Shown here: in pieces, positions 1 to 13,700 of the stretch
Position numbering within the stretch: the first letter of the stretch is position 1
How the letters are laid out: every line of letters begins with the position of its first letter
Source of the DNA: Phoronis australis
Lineage: Eukaryota > Animalia > Phoronida
DNA length: 64,000 nt
Direction of reading: 5' to 3'
NCBI GenBank assembly: GCA_002633005.1
Contig: NMRA01000167.1
Location: 426,460-490,459, forward strand
Notes under the pieces: model-generated
Database searches by the model: none
Seen by the model: only the letters and a program-made list of their open reading frames with translations
What the model was told of the DNA's origin: nothing
Program-made: the position numbers and the translations under genes

Positions 1-1433
1 AGTAAAGGTCGTGTTAAAAATCTCCCCTCTTCGAACTTTTGAAATCAGGCGAACAAATACACGTACTAAAAATTGACAAAACTGAATAAGCCTATATGTG
101 TAGCCCCGTGAGGTGAAAAGCATACCAACATGTTAGAAACGCGGAAAAAAACAGTATCAACACCAAAACTCAACAATTTACGCGTGATTGAATACTTCAA
201 TCTAAATTGAGCCGTTTCGATACCTGGCACAAAATGCCATGCATTTAATTTTCTCCAGATATTGAAGATGTGAGAATAAAAGAAATCCAGCGGGACAATA
301 AAATTATTGTCGTTGTAAAAAATCCACATATAACCTCACCCTTAACAAAGAGAGACTTAGAAAATAGTGCTCTAGAGCCACTACTAGCATTTGCGCCTGG
401 TGTAGATCTTTGACATCTGGTTCTTGATTCGTCAATCAATGATGACATCTAACGGTTTATTTAAATTGTTGGAGCACACGTTGCATCAGAGGTGAAGCAA
501 TTGGCGTAACCTGAACTATACTTCAATAGGCTCACACGACAGTAGCGTTCTAGGCTAAACATTGTATTGGCCCTTACAGAACAACTGTGCAGTTTTCTGC
601 GCGTTGTTTAAAAAGCAATGGAATTCAAATATCACGCAACAGCGTAAATTTTGCCTCAGAAATAAGAAAAATAGGAAACAATTCGAAATGTTGAAATACC
701 CAAATACATCAGATTTTTTATCAAGTGTCTCTGTATTGATATATGAATCTGACTATCTACATCAGACTTGTTTTGTTAAGTGAGAAAAACACCCAAACGG
801 ATACCAAAATCTTTGAAAGTCAAACCATTCGATACCATGGCGAATTCCATACCCACTGATGTAGATATACCCAATATCAGGAAAATCCATAGCCTAGTAG
901 AACCCCACAAGGGGAAGCTTCTGTGGCAATGTAGTGAGACCAGTGCTGTAGGTGTAAAATAAGAGGCAAGTAGACGCTCAATGCCCACCGTATCACCTTG
1001 AGCATTAATCTGCATTGAATTCGCAAAACCTGACTCACAAACATGTACACTGTAGGCCCAACTACACATAGTAGGAAGGCAAAGGTCAGCGAGCATTTCA
1101 AGCGTCCTCTGAAAGGGGGGGGGGGACATAATTTTAAGGGACACAGGCGCGTAATGCCCAGAAACGATATGCTGGCGGCCTTTTTTAATCGCCCGTGGGG
1201 TATTTGTGTCCTCTGGGCCCTTCGATCCCCCGGCCTTTATCCGCCCATGGTATGACGCCGTAATTGGTACTTTATCTTGAAGTATTAACTCTACCTTTCA
1301 TTACTTGGCGAGCATATACATATTTATGTTAATCCCTACACTTCAAAGACTAATGACACAAACACGATGTTTCAAAAGCAACGATGTTTCAATGAGTACC
1401 CGGTACCGATGTGCACACGTGCATGCACTCATT

Positions 1434-2420
1434 CATGACCGCTTTTTCCCGTTCAGTGATTTTACCTGACGTAGAGGGTGATAACATCTAGCTTCCATGT
1501 TGACTGCCAACTGCCAAGCACAGTCTTTTGTCTGGTATGACAACAGGCACATTACGGCGTTTTTCCCAACTTGTTCGATTCTACAGACCAACAACAAGTT
1601 GGCAAGTTTACCCCTGTAGCCAATATCTTACACGACTGCCTACTCCATTCTGGCGTTCATGATTGGAGGGCCAGCTCTCCTTTGTTCGATAAATGCTCTA
1701 TTCTTCAATAAGATTGTATCTAGCCTGACTCGGGGCTGTGCTGTTAAAAATAAAAGTTAAGTTATAACATATTTGAACATAAACCAATAGCATCTCTGAA
1801 ATCCTCGTCAAATGGTGATCGTGTTCAGTTTTTGAATCCCAACTGCAACCGAAGTTACAAATCTATTCTTTCTGGATTTGACGGTGTTCACATGTGGTCT
1901 GTGATAAGCCTGGTAGACAATTGACAAGCCTGTTGTCATAACAGACGAAAGATTGTGCTTGGCAGTTAACAAAGAAGCTAGATGATATCACACGGGAACA
2001 CGCTATCATGGCCAATTATTTACCAGGCTTATTACAGACCACGTGTGAACACAGTCAAACTCAGAGCGAACTGGTACATTCGGAAAGAATAGATTGTTGT
2101 AACTTCGGTTGTAGTTGGGCGATTTTGGCTATTCAAAAACTAAACATGATCAGCATTTGACAAGGAATTCAGAAATGCTATTGGTTTATGTTCAAATATG
2201 TTATAACTTAACTTTCATATTTAACACCACAGCCCAGTCAGGCTATAGATACGATCATATTGGAGTTTATAGCATTTATACGAGGGCTGGCCGTCCAGCC
2301 CTAAATACCAGAATGGAGTTTATCAGTTGTGTAAGCTATTGGCTACAGGGGTCATCTTCCGAACTTGTTGTGGGCTATAGAATCGAACAACTTGGGAGCA
2401 ACGGGAAAACGCCGTGATGT
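1434..2420. repeat. Interleaved diverged inverted repeats (x-A-B followed by A'-x'-B')
   Basis: 1478-1548 is the diverged reverse complement of 1928-1991, 1549-1923 of about 2013-2420, and 1434-1452 of about 1993-2010. Read by eye. Confidence 0.8.
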
Positions 2421-2603
2421 TTGCACAAACTTGAAGTAGGGTTTTCTTGAAAGCTATATTGTTGCTATTTTTTTATTTGATTTTAAAGTTAGTAAAACAA
2501 CTAGTGACCAGTCCAAAGATAGAGTGCTTTGTATAATAGTCACAGAATCCCATTTTGTCGGCAGTCTTGTTCTTCTCCAAGTTACATGATTATCTGGACT
2601 CAC

Positions 2604-2977
2604 CAGCTCCGCGTTATCGAATCATCCACGTTTCGGCATAAGGTTGTGGCACGAACATGGAAAACGGGGGACCATTTGACCTTGCCAAACACTGAGCTGG
2701 AGGTAATTTCTAATAGCAAACAAGAGCGTTCGTCTGTTAACATCCGATTGATATCGCTGAAATCCTCGTTCACAGTCAGCTGTACTGCAATGAAGAGTCT
2801 CAATGCAGAGGTCCAGTTGGCGCGGAGTAAACTACTTGGTAGGTTGTCTACTCTCACCGTCTCTTCCATTTCAACGAACTCGCACATTCCTCTGATTGCT
2901 GTTATGGCAACCAGCCCAAACCGATCGAAAATACGCCCGACTTCGTGCTCGCCATGTTTTATCTCGGAACCCATCGG
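2604..2977 (-). CDS. Possible coding exon of an unidentified gene running leftwards
   Basis: Long open frame ending at a strong donor (TG|GTGAGT at 2604/2603) with CpG-rich sequence upstream (3060-3240). No recognisable family and no phase-compatible downstream exon found. Confidence 0.3.
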
Positions 2978-4697
2978 CCACGTTTTGGGGTCCAAGATAG
3001 AGCAAAACGACTACTCATCATTGCCAAGTCAACACCACTCCAAGTTCACAACTTTTTAAATTAATTGTCCAGGACGTTTGGTCTCGGGCGCCGAAATATT
3101 CGGCAGCAATGCTGTCGTCAGCGTAGCTGTGTGTCGACTACCCCACTATACCATTCCTTATTGTGCGAAAAGACGCTATGTTAAATGCCAAAATGTAGTT
3201 GGCCGCGCCTACGCCCCACCACCCTGAGTTTTACTAAGCAGGTCGATTTGGGATAGACAAGAGAGTGTGGAAATAACCTGATGATTGGCGAAATCAATTG
3301 ATGCAGTCTGAATATTTTGTGTTCAGGAACTGAAAATAATAACATTAATAGATAATCTCATGCCACTTTTTACTTCGCTTCGTCATACCATCTCAATAAA
3401 ACGACAGACATGATTTTGACATTTGACATCCGGCGTTAATTGTAAAATACCTCGGCTTCGACGTCTTGTGTAACCAAGTCGCCAAATGTTGACTCTTAGG
3501 CTATAATGTCGTTTTCTGCAGTCACTTCTTTTGGGAATGTGTCAAACACGCATGGTTAGCAGAATAAATTAAAGCTTATTTGTACAGTGTTCCACTTTGC
3601 ACAGTGCAACCGTACATGTACGTTACTATAAATTTATACCCTCACACAACTTACAACAGCTGAGCATTTTATGATCATCAAGGATTTTAAAATTTAGTTT
3701 AAATGGTCTTCAATTAATATGTTAAGTAATTTCGTTCTTGGTCACGAAGATACCATATCAATAATCTTGACATATAAAAACATTAAAAACTATTTCCCAC
3801 CAGTTCTCTTAAACAAAATAATGCTCCACAGGGGCTCCACCACAATCATAAGTTTCTCTGCCGGACAAAATTTGAAAACTTACAAGGTCAACTAAACGGG
3901 CAAGCCTATCCTATGATTCAGACGAGTTAGAGGGGTAGGGTGGCAAGTGTAGAGAAAGACCACCGACTCAGAGACACCTAGAGAGAATGCGTTTTTAGTT
4001 AAATTCCTCTTCTATCACTCAGGTGAAATGCCAATAATTCATTAGCTGTGAGGTGATAAATGATGATTGCTGAAATCATCAAAACAGGGTTTAATATATA
4101 TCCTTTTAATTTACGAGGATATTAGACCTGCTTTTGACCTATTAACTGACAAACAAACAAAATAATGTTCTGTAATCTTCTTCAACTCTGGAAAGTTTGG
4201 AGGAAATTTTGAAATCTTACCAAGTGGACATAGGCGAGTTACAAGGCAAAAACATAGGGAAGAAGCGGCTCCAAGAACCACTTGATCTCTGAAACAGTAG
4301 GGAACTAATGAAATGTGGTAACCCCTCACCTGGCAGAACTCTCATAGTCATGCAAATATAAGCAATATGTCCATGGGACAGCAGAATTCTTGTTGTCTAC
4401 ATCAAAATAAGCAATGTGCAGACCTATAGAAAACACTTGATATAACACAAATTATGTACAAACATTTAGAGAATACTGATATAACAGGTTATAATACAAT
4501 AAATAAATTAAATAATTAATACGCATTTCATCACTGTATGTTGAATAGTCTCTAACAGCAGGTGTTGCCTGCACAATAAATTAGCTTACAATCCTAAAGA
4601 GCTAACGGTTTATTTAAAGAGGCCTGTGAATCCGCAATAGCGATGTAGTTCTGTTAAAGGTGCTTATCACAGTGAACGAAGATGACTGACATAGGAT

Positions 4698-4746
4698 TTA
4701 CGTGACCAGGGTACAAGTCTTCTTCTTAACACAGTAACAGCAAGCC
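4698..4746 (-). CDS. RING/UBR gene exon 12 (terminal)
   Basis: (W)ACCYCVKKKTCTLVT-stop; minus-strand AATAAA at 4609-4614. Confidence 0.9.
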
Positions 4747-7700
4747 CTGTAATGAACAACATGTCAATCTATTATCAATAAAACTAACAGGATGACTCAG
4801 GTCATGTAACTGTTAACTTGTAAGCAGTTTACGAGTCCACCAACACTAGACTTAATCCAGTTTTGATCCCAAAACATCAATCACTTGTATCTTTTAAAGC
4901 TAAATTCAGTGTCACATCCGTGGGTCAGTGAAAAACACCCGACATCAAAGTAAGGTGATATCAAGGAGAAGCTCTTTTCTTTGTAAAAAGATCGAAATTA
5001 GTCCTATAATCTACATATGATTACAGTACAGCTGTACAAAAGAAGAAATGGGAACTGTTACCTTGTGAGCAAAAATTATAAACTCACCAGTTGGGCTTAT
5101 GATTCAGAATGTAGGGGACCACCTCGTGCCCCTGATGGCACACAGTCATGCAGGAACGACAGATCCCTAGAAGAGAGGCATGCAGGTTTAAAATGCTAGA
5201 AGACGCATGCAATATGGAAAGTTCTTTAAAACGTTCTATTGGTACGGAAACCATTTCAAAGATTTCCCAACACAGCAAATTACTGACTTCTCACAATTGT
5301 GAATTAAAGGACCGAGTGGAGGTCACCTGTCTGATACCGTGGCCAAAATTGCATGTTTACATTAAGAAACAGTCTTACTTTAAGATGAAAAATGTATTGT
5401 TATTTTGTTATATGTGATATATGATGAAAGTTACTTAACATCTAAAGTAAGGGTCATACACCACACACTAGACATACTGTACGTTATCAATGCACAAGTC
5501 TGTCAGGGTCATAGTTGGACCTGAAGCTGTATGTTTTATGAGCGAAGTTGACACTCTTGAGGCTGCATGCTTTACGGGTCGTACTTAGACTTGAAGCCAT
5601 ATGATTAATGCATGAAGTTTACGCTTGAAGCTGCATGTTTTACACGAGAAGTAGTTCCAAACCTGTCAGAGTCATACCTACACTAAAAGCTCCGTGTTTT
5701 ACTACAGTTACTGTCATGTGATGTCTATAACAGTGCTTTGCAAAGTTGCATGTTGCATGTTTTTTGTGAAGATTGGGTCATAGAAATAGTACTTACAGTT
5801 GAAGCCACATGTTTTGCAAGTGAAGTAGTCTATGGGTGTCAGATTGGCAGCATCAAATGTAGACACGATACATTGCTTGGGCTGATCACTCTCAGTCTCT
5901 ATCAAACCATGTATAGCCAATGTACTGCCTGGTTTCTAGAAGAAATGTGTGTGTCCACTTAAATATTCTTACAAGTGGTGAATATATTTAAAACCGTTCA
6001 CAATACTGTCTCGAGCACGTTATTCTTAGCAATTTATGTGCACTCAGTAAACTTGAGTGTATTTGCAAGCACTAATCAATCACCAAAGTCTTTAGTCATC
6101 ACTGTGTCTGAGTTCTTAACAAATCCAAGTTTTCGAAGGCCTTGGTTTTGACTCTGACTTCTTCAGTGTAGGTGGCGGTGCTTTCAAAAACTTCAGCTGA
6201 TTTCTAAGGTAAACCTATGGATGTGTTATAAGAACTGAGTAGTCTAAGCACTAAAATATGCTAAAAACTTTTTTGAGACTGGAATTATCCAGCTACAAAC
6301 TGGTAAGAAGATATTGAGATTGGTTTTGGAACTGTTACAATACATGTAACTACGAAGCTGATTTGACAGAGACTGTTTTGAACATTGCATCATGAATTTT
6401 TAAGCCCATAGACATGATGGCTTTCTTAAACTTCATGCTTCATTGAGAATAAATACCTTGCTAAAATGAGTTATGTGTTCTAAAAACAGTCAAAACACTT
6501 GGTCAGTGTGCACAGCTTCATGATACATACTATTTGAAACTGCAGGACAGGCCTGCACCCTATTGGTAGAAGGGTGACATCAGGATGATTTGTAGATTGA
6601 CGGGTCAAGGAATCAGCAACAACTGTCATCTCATCAACTGACATGTTTGACAAGGGCCTAGAACAAGAAGGAGACTAGGGGAGGATGCACTTAGTGCCAT
6701 AAGAACAGCGTTACTTTATACAATGCAGTTTTTGCACATATAACTAATTTTAATAACAAAAATATACCTACGATAATCAGTTTCATGACAACATGTATTT
6801 TGGGGTTATTGCTGGGTAGGATAGATTTGGGAAATTATTAGTACAGTGTATGCAGCAATATCCAAAAAAGGTTGTATTTTGGGATTTTATAAGAGATCAC
6901 AGTCTCCGACATTGGCTTCTACCTATTCTGTATAATCAGCTGCAATCAAGGCCTGAATCCTAAGTAATCAGGGCTTGGAATGACCAATGACGAAAAACGC
7001 GGAAACTTTTACGGCCCAAATCATGCCCGAAATGGTCAATGTGAACCTTTCCTCGACAAAACTCGGGAGGACTAAAAAATAAAAAAAAAAAAAACGTTAC
7101 CACCGCCAGTAGCATGCGTCTGCGTCCTTTTAGCTCGCCCGTCCACTCCCAACCCACACATTTCTTGGCTGCAGAGCCGTAGAATTTGTCGCCGCACTTA
7201 ACAATAACACGAGACGCCATTGACAATCCTACCACGCTGTCCCAGATGCCCCGGCAAATGTTGACAATTTACGTTCCTCCGAAACATAAAGAGCAACTTC
7301 CGCTTTTCGAGGTGAACGTCGTCTGCAACGCCCCGGTAAGAAAGGAATTTGCCGCGGAAATTTTATATCAAATCCGATTTTTTTACGCGGAAATATTATA
7401 AAAAAGCGGAAAGCACATTTGAAAAAAGCGGAAATCCGCGTTTCTGCGGAAAATTCCAAGCCCTGAGTAATACTGTAACACTTAAGATAGTATAGGCAAC
7501 TTGCCACACTGCTTTTGGCTGTACAAGCTACATGTCTGACAGCGACGGCTGAGGACATGCGTTTGAATCTGTCTTGGGGTTGGGCTCAAGTACAAAACAT
7601 TGTCGGAGATAACGTCATTTCCAAACTCCACTAACTCGACATTCGCAGCAACCAAAACCACTTCCAGGACAGCCTATTGTGTATTTTGTATTATACATTT

Positions 7701-10700
7701 ACATGTAAATAAAAACTTTGAGTCATGAAGACCTGTAACAGTACTTGAATGCTTACCCAAAGGAAATGAAAACCAGGTCATCAGCGACCTTCACAATACC
7801 ATCGTTGATTGCATTGAAGTGATTTTTGACACAATCTAATATCTCTGTGAGACTGCAATAAAAACATGGTAAGTTAAATACTTAGAATACCACCAATCCT
7901 CATTTCTGTCAACAACACAACCGACAAACAAGCCCTTAAAGGGAATTTGAATATTTGGCGTTTTTGGGATTATAATTCTCGTAATGGTAAGAAGGATAAT
8001 GACCCACAAATGAGACATTGTCAAGGTTTGTCATGGTCCTGATTTAGAGGATTACAGTAATTGGAAGCAGTGAAAAGATCCTTTGTTGATAATTCGCCTT
8101 TTAGAAAGTACGATTGTGCTTTGAAAACATGGCATATTGCGTCGGAAGATTCCATTATTTTGGTGATGCGACAAGAGTGATGTCACTTAGTTCCCGCTCG
8201 TTCAAAACTTTTCCGCGGTATTCAAGAGACCTTACCTGTCACGCGGCTGAATTACAACACGAGGTATGGTGTACTTCTTGGCCAAAACACACACTGACAC
8301 GGACACGGGGAGTACTTGAAGGCTAGGAATATGTTCAGACAAGTATCTACAAAAAATGCAAGCACGTCAGTACACGCGAAATATAATCGAGCGAAATGGC
8401 CCATAATTTCGCTACACTGAGGAGTGGCGACAGGTGGAATAGCAACGTGTTAAGGGCAGACTGTACAAGAAATTCACTGAAACGCTACAATGATGAGTCA
8501 TGACACGTAATTTTGCCCAATATTCTACTTACATTGTCCTGTTAGTGCTGATACATAAAGCCGTGCCCAAGAGAATGATGTGCATACATCGGCCCTGACC
8601 CAAGAACATAACAATCACTGTCACTGAGTAAGCACAACATCTCATAAACACTCACTTGTCATACGCATCTGCAACTAACTGTCCACAAGATGTCAGATCA
8701 GCATCAAGTTTCCGTAGCCGCTCCTCTGCATCCCGTTTCAGACGATCCTTCTCACGGTCACAACCTGAAACATTACACAACAAAGAGTTAAGTCGTCAGC
8801 AAAAGTGTTGCCGAAATATTGCTCTATTATGATCTTTGTTCCAAAGGTAATTGCCAGCCTTCTTAAAGTCATTGGACATTCCATCGAATAGATTTTAACT
8901 TCCAATCAATTTTTGAACAGTCAATTGGCTGCAAAATCTTAATTCATTTGATGGGTTTAAATGCTCTACGGATGTTCATGGTCATGTAACTACCTCTTTT
9001 GTAGAGCTGTTCTTTTTGAATTTTTCAAAAAATTATTAAACTGCAGGTATTTTGTGTAACAGTATTATATCCTTAGATAACAAACACCAAATATTAAGTA
9101 TTCCATACCTGCTATCGGACTATATTTTTGAAAATTTGAGGTCATTTACAATGAAATTTTGAAGCCTATCAAATATGAAAAAAGATAAACTTTGGCAGCA
9201 GTTTTTGTACCAAATTGGTAAGATTTTACTGAACTAACAATTTTTGTATCAAATTGGTAAGATTTTACTGAACTAACAATTTTTGTACCAAATTGGTAAG
9301 ATTTTACTCAACTAACAATATGCAGAAAGCCATCTCACAGACATTTGAATAACCCTCAAAAAAGTTCATTGAGATAACATCACCTGAATTTACTTAATTT
9401 TGGACAGCCGATATCTCCATTGCTCAAAGGAAAATTTCATGCAAATTAACTCATGCAGTAAAAAATCTATCTTCAAAACTGCTCAAACCACCGAAAAATC
9501 AAAAGGTTTGAAAATAGCCAATAAGCCTTGTAACTGAAATTAATGAAGTGAAAGAGCTCGCACAACAAAACCAAGACAAATATCAATGAAATTCTTGAAT
9601 AATGTAACTGTCACAAATAGCCAGAAACAAATTTGTTAGTTTTGTATGATGACAATTTTAATGATGGGTCTGAAATCTGACACAACATACAAAACACGCA
9701 ATACAAACCCACAGGTTGTCAAACAATACATTTAACACTAGATCTAAACAAATGAATAGTTTAATTAATTTAAAAAGTTCTCCATTCACCAAATCACCAA
9801 GTTAGAATTAAAAAAGGTGAACAAGGCACTACAAATTATTGAACATACAGATATATTGCGGTGTTGGATTTTAGCCAGTCATTTTAAAAAGTCACAACAC
9901 AGCAGACCCAATTTTTTAAAAAGTGATTTCTGCAGAAAATCAAAAAAAGTGCAAAATTCCACTGCTTTCAACCTCCCTTCACACCATACCTGACCAACAG
10001 TTGGCATCGAACTTTTGTTCAGGTAAGACTTTTATTAGTACCAAGTGTATTTCAATAGTTTGTCGACAACAAACTCTGTTTGTTACCTTTGTCACCAAGA
10101 AGTGCCACACTTTTTTCCAATTCTAATTCTATGTGTCGTTTCCTCTGCTGAAACTCTTGCTTGATACCTTGGTAGTAATTTTCATGAGCACCTAAACTAG
10201 TTTTCAAGTGATCTGGAAACAACAAAGGAGGTTATTCACTTGCAGTTATTATTGTGTTGTTGACCTCAACATAAATATCATTATGTACTACATTTCCTAC
10301 AGAACAAGCAGTGAAGGGCATCTATATGTATCTAATCTATTACATTCAGAGATAGTCACCTTATTATTCTAATAAAAGGGGCATGACTTCAAATTTTATG
10401 CTTGATAAACGAAAGACCAAACTGAATCGAAAATATTTTTTGCTGATCGAATTCAAAAATAATGTCTTGATATCAAAAAATGAAAATGGAATCAATTATA
10501 TAAATTTTATCGTATTCATCAAAGCCAATGTTTACTCATTTTACTCTGGTGAATAAAAGCAGATGTCACACCAACATTTTCCGATTCCTAATGCTGCTAC
10601 CTTTTCACTGATTGGCCACATTACTGCTAACCAATGAGATGGCTTTATAGAACCAGGTTTCACTGCATTGTCGCTGCTAAAATCCCACTTCTTTAAAGAA

Positions 10701-13700
10701 GCCACCAGCAAGACTGAAACCGGCCATTTGAAATACTCCATGTTTCATGATTGAGCTGTGCAGCGTATTATGCACAACGCATGTCACGAGGACATTGCAT
10801 ACAAAGGGGGAGAATTTCTCTGGAAGAAGCGTAGTGACTGAGTGAACCAGTGAGTGACTCCTTTTGTTGTGTGCACAAAGTGAGAAAATGTTCTTGGTTG
10901 TTGGAGATATTGCACTACTTAGAGAATATCTCTCTTGCCTTCTAAAGTGGATATGGCTATCCAAAACCTCCTTTAAAACAAGGTGAGGGATGGAAATTCC
11001 CTTTCCATCCAGCTTTGACATCAATCCAACTTTCCTGATAAAAAATAACCAATAAAGAAAACAACAGAAAGAAATGGAGCCAAAACCAAATGTGAACCAT
11101 TTAATTCCTCATTAAGCCGTCAGACAACCTTGGTCAGTGAAATGTCTGAAGGGGGGGGGGGGGCATTCTTCAGCAAAGAGGTATCCAGCTGAATTGGTGA
11201 AGTGTATGCATGTGTACGAACCCCTCCCCCCGTGTAGGTAGTCCTCATTTGGGTCATTGCCAAATACCATACATTGAACAATGTGCTGAGAATAGGATAT
11301 TCATAGAAAAACATAATCCATTTCTTACTTTTTAACACCATCTCCACAGGTGAGAAATGACTGTCCAATGACTGGTCACCACTTTGTAAAGACACTGTGG
11401 CTGAAACAAAGCGAAATGATTAACCACTATCATGGCATATATACAGGCCCACAAATACATTACATATCTGAGCTAAACTTAAAGCGTTGACAGTATATGG
11501 TTGAAAATGACAATTACAGTCAGAACTGCGAAAGCAAAATGTTTCAGAAAAAGGTGGGCAATTTTTTGTGAAAATTTGTCTAGCATTGATGATCCTTTTG
11601 GAAATCTACCGAGCAAGTCCGGAAGGGAAAAAGGAAAGAGAATAAAAATTACAACAATAACATTTTAAAGTTAACAGTTTTTACATCTTTTTTGACTTTC
11701 AAAAATATGACATTCAGCAACTTTTTTAAACCTATTGTTAATGCAGGAGCATTTAGTCTTTTGTTTAGGAACTTTATGTCCACTAGAGGCGTTGTATGTA
11801 CATCTTAGGGCGTTTCCAGAGTGCATTGTAATTGTGGTCTACCCCCACTCCTAGGTAATTGTTTATTGGCTAAATAGATGTTACCATTGTAATCTAACCA
11901 ATAAGAGTATAGTTTTGATGGTTTTTAGCTTGAGCAGTCGTTTACATCGCTCATTTCGAATATTGGTTTTCAACATGTTGTGATGCACTTTAGACTGAGG
12001 AATTATTAGCTGGGCCACGCTGAAAACTCCAGTAACTACATGTATTTCAGTTCAGGCTTCACGTTTAGTCGATTCATGTACGTCTGCTGGATATTGTATG
12101 CCAAGTGTTTAATTGTTGAACTGTAACGGCTGCTTTGTGGTGGTTTCGTCTAATGCAGGTTCGAGTCCTGTGTGCCAGCCATATTGACTATTGGGTAGAC
12201 CTAACATTTTGATAATATTGTTTGGTTCTGTTGTCTGACAAACTTTATTTATCGTTTGTTGATAACCGTCACTTCAAGAATAAATCGATTAAACGAAACT
12301 GACACGTTATACTATAGCCCACACGAATACCTATGTACAAGCTACATTACTCACCTGCATCAACCAAAACTTCAAAATATTTTTTCTCGGCCTTTTGTCG
12401 TTCTTCTTGCACTTTTTCTGAAACGTGACGTGTGTATAAGTTATAAAGCATTTTTAAAAATAACTTAGATCAATGCTGCTTCGTTTAACTGCTAAATGAA
12501 GTGCATCGTTCCACCAGAATCACCAAAAGGTCATAAAGAGGTCATAAGACAAGACAACTCAATGTGTCTCCCCTCAAAACGACACTTCTTGGTGAATGTT
12601 GGTGTCAAGAATCTAGAACTTTAAGCAGAATGCTCTTGTGTGACAGAGGGGGCTCACTGCAATGGCCTCCTGGTTTTGGTAGTTAAAAGGCTGAGTCTGA
12701 GAGTTTTACATTCAGGTTTGGTATACTCACATTCTCTTCTAAGTGAAACTTAGGCTGGCACCAAGATCAGATACCTTGTACTTTATGTGCACCATGCTGC
12801 TGTCATTTAGATGATGGTTGCACATCACTGTGTTCATAAATTGGTTGTCTGCTGCCATTTGAAATTATATTTAATATTACTATATTCTGCAATGTGCAGT
12901 GATTCATTACATGGAAACACTGGAGCTCATATTGCTCAACCCGCTCACTCTCGTCTTTCTTGAAGTACAGTAACATAGTAAAAAGTACCAGACAAAATGA
13001 CTGGTATTCCCCATCACAACAACTGGGTGCAATCAGAATTCAGCGTCATGATAACTAAGCATCATGATATGAAATTTACCAGAATGTTAACAAAGTATAA
13101 AAACGATCTTCAGCAGCCATGACTTTTGATGCGATGACGAAATTGCAAGCCACTTTCGGCTGTTGGTAGATACAATCATCTTTAAGAAACAGTACAATAA
13201 ATGATTACTGAATTTGACGTTCTCACCTATCAAAGAGTCAAACTGGAGGTCGGCAATAAGTTGACTGTCATTAAGATTGCGGTTACAACAAGGACACTTG
13301 TGACTGCGAGCCACCCATTCCTTGATACACCCATCGCAGAATCTGTGGCCACACGTGGTGAGACGGCATCTGTTGATTAGTGACATGCACACAGTACATG
13401 TCGTATAGTCAGACAGAGCTGACAACTGAAATGAATAGTTGCAAGATGATGTGAAAGTCGCCTGATCTCATCAGAGCCTCCCTTAATGGTTATCAATGCG
13501 TTCCATTTCTTGCAATGAATCAGTAATGATTGCCAAAAATTTGATGTCTATTGTAAACAGTTTTTTTCCAGACTGGATAGATATTGGATACAGCAGTACT
13601 GTCCATGAGAACAGCAGCATGTATAAGTACTCATAGGAGATATTTTATAGCACAGAGGTCGGAGGTATACACTACACATGGGTACGTACACTGCATTCCA

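Noticed and set aside
883-898. 16-mer AAATCCATAGCCTAGT also present near 55886
   Set aside because: Similarity does not extend, and one such match is plausible by chance in 64 kb of AT-rich DNA.
2529-3059. 176-aa plus-strand ORF
   Set aside because: Non-ATG start, Ser-rich antisense shadow of the minus-strand frame, no splice or family support.
7480-7675. Minus-strand open frame after an AG (AVLEVVLVAANVELVEFG...)
   Set aside because: Phase is incompatible with exon 8, which joins exon 9 directly (FG|PLS).
10541-11036. Two overlapping minus-strand ORFs (115 and 66 aa) in intron 4 of the RING gene
   Set aside because: Flanking exons join in phase without them, and there is no recognisable motif.
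12140-12185. GGTTCGAGTCCT B-box-like motif suggesting a tRNA
   Set aside because: No cloverleaf or convincing A-box; at most a decayed SINE head.
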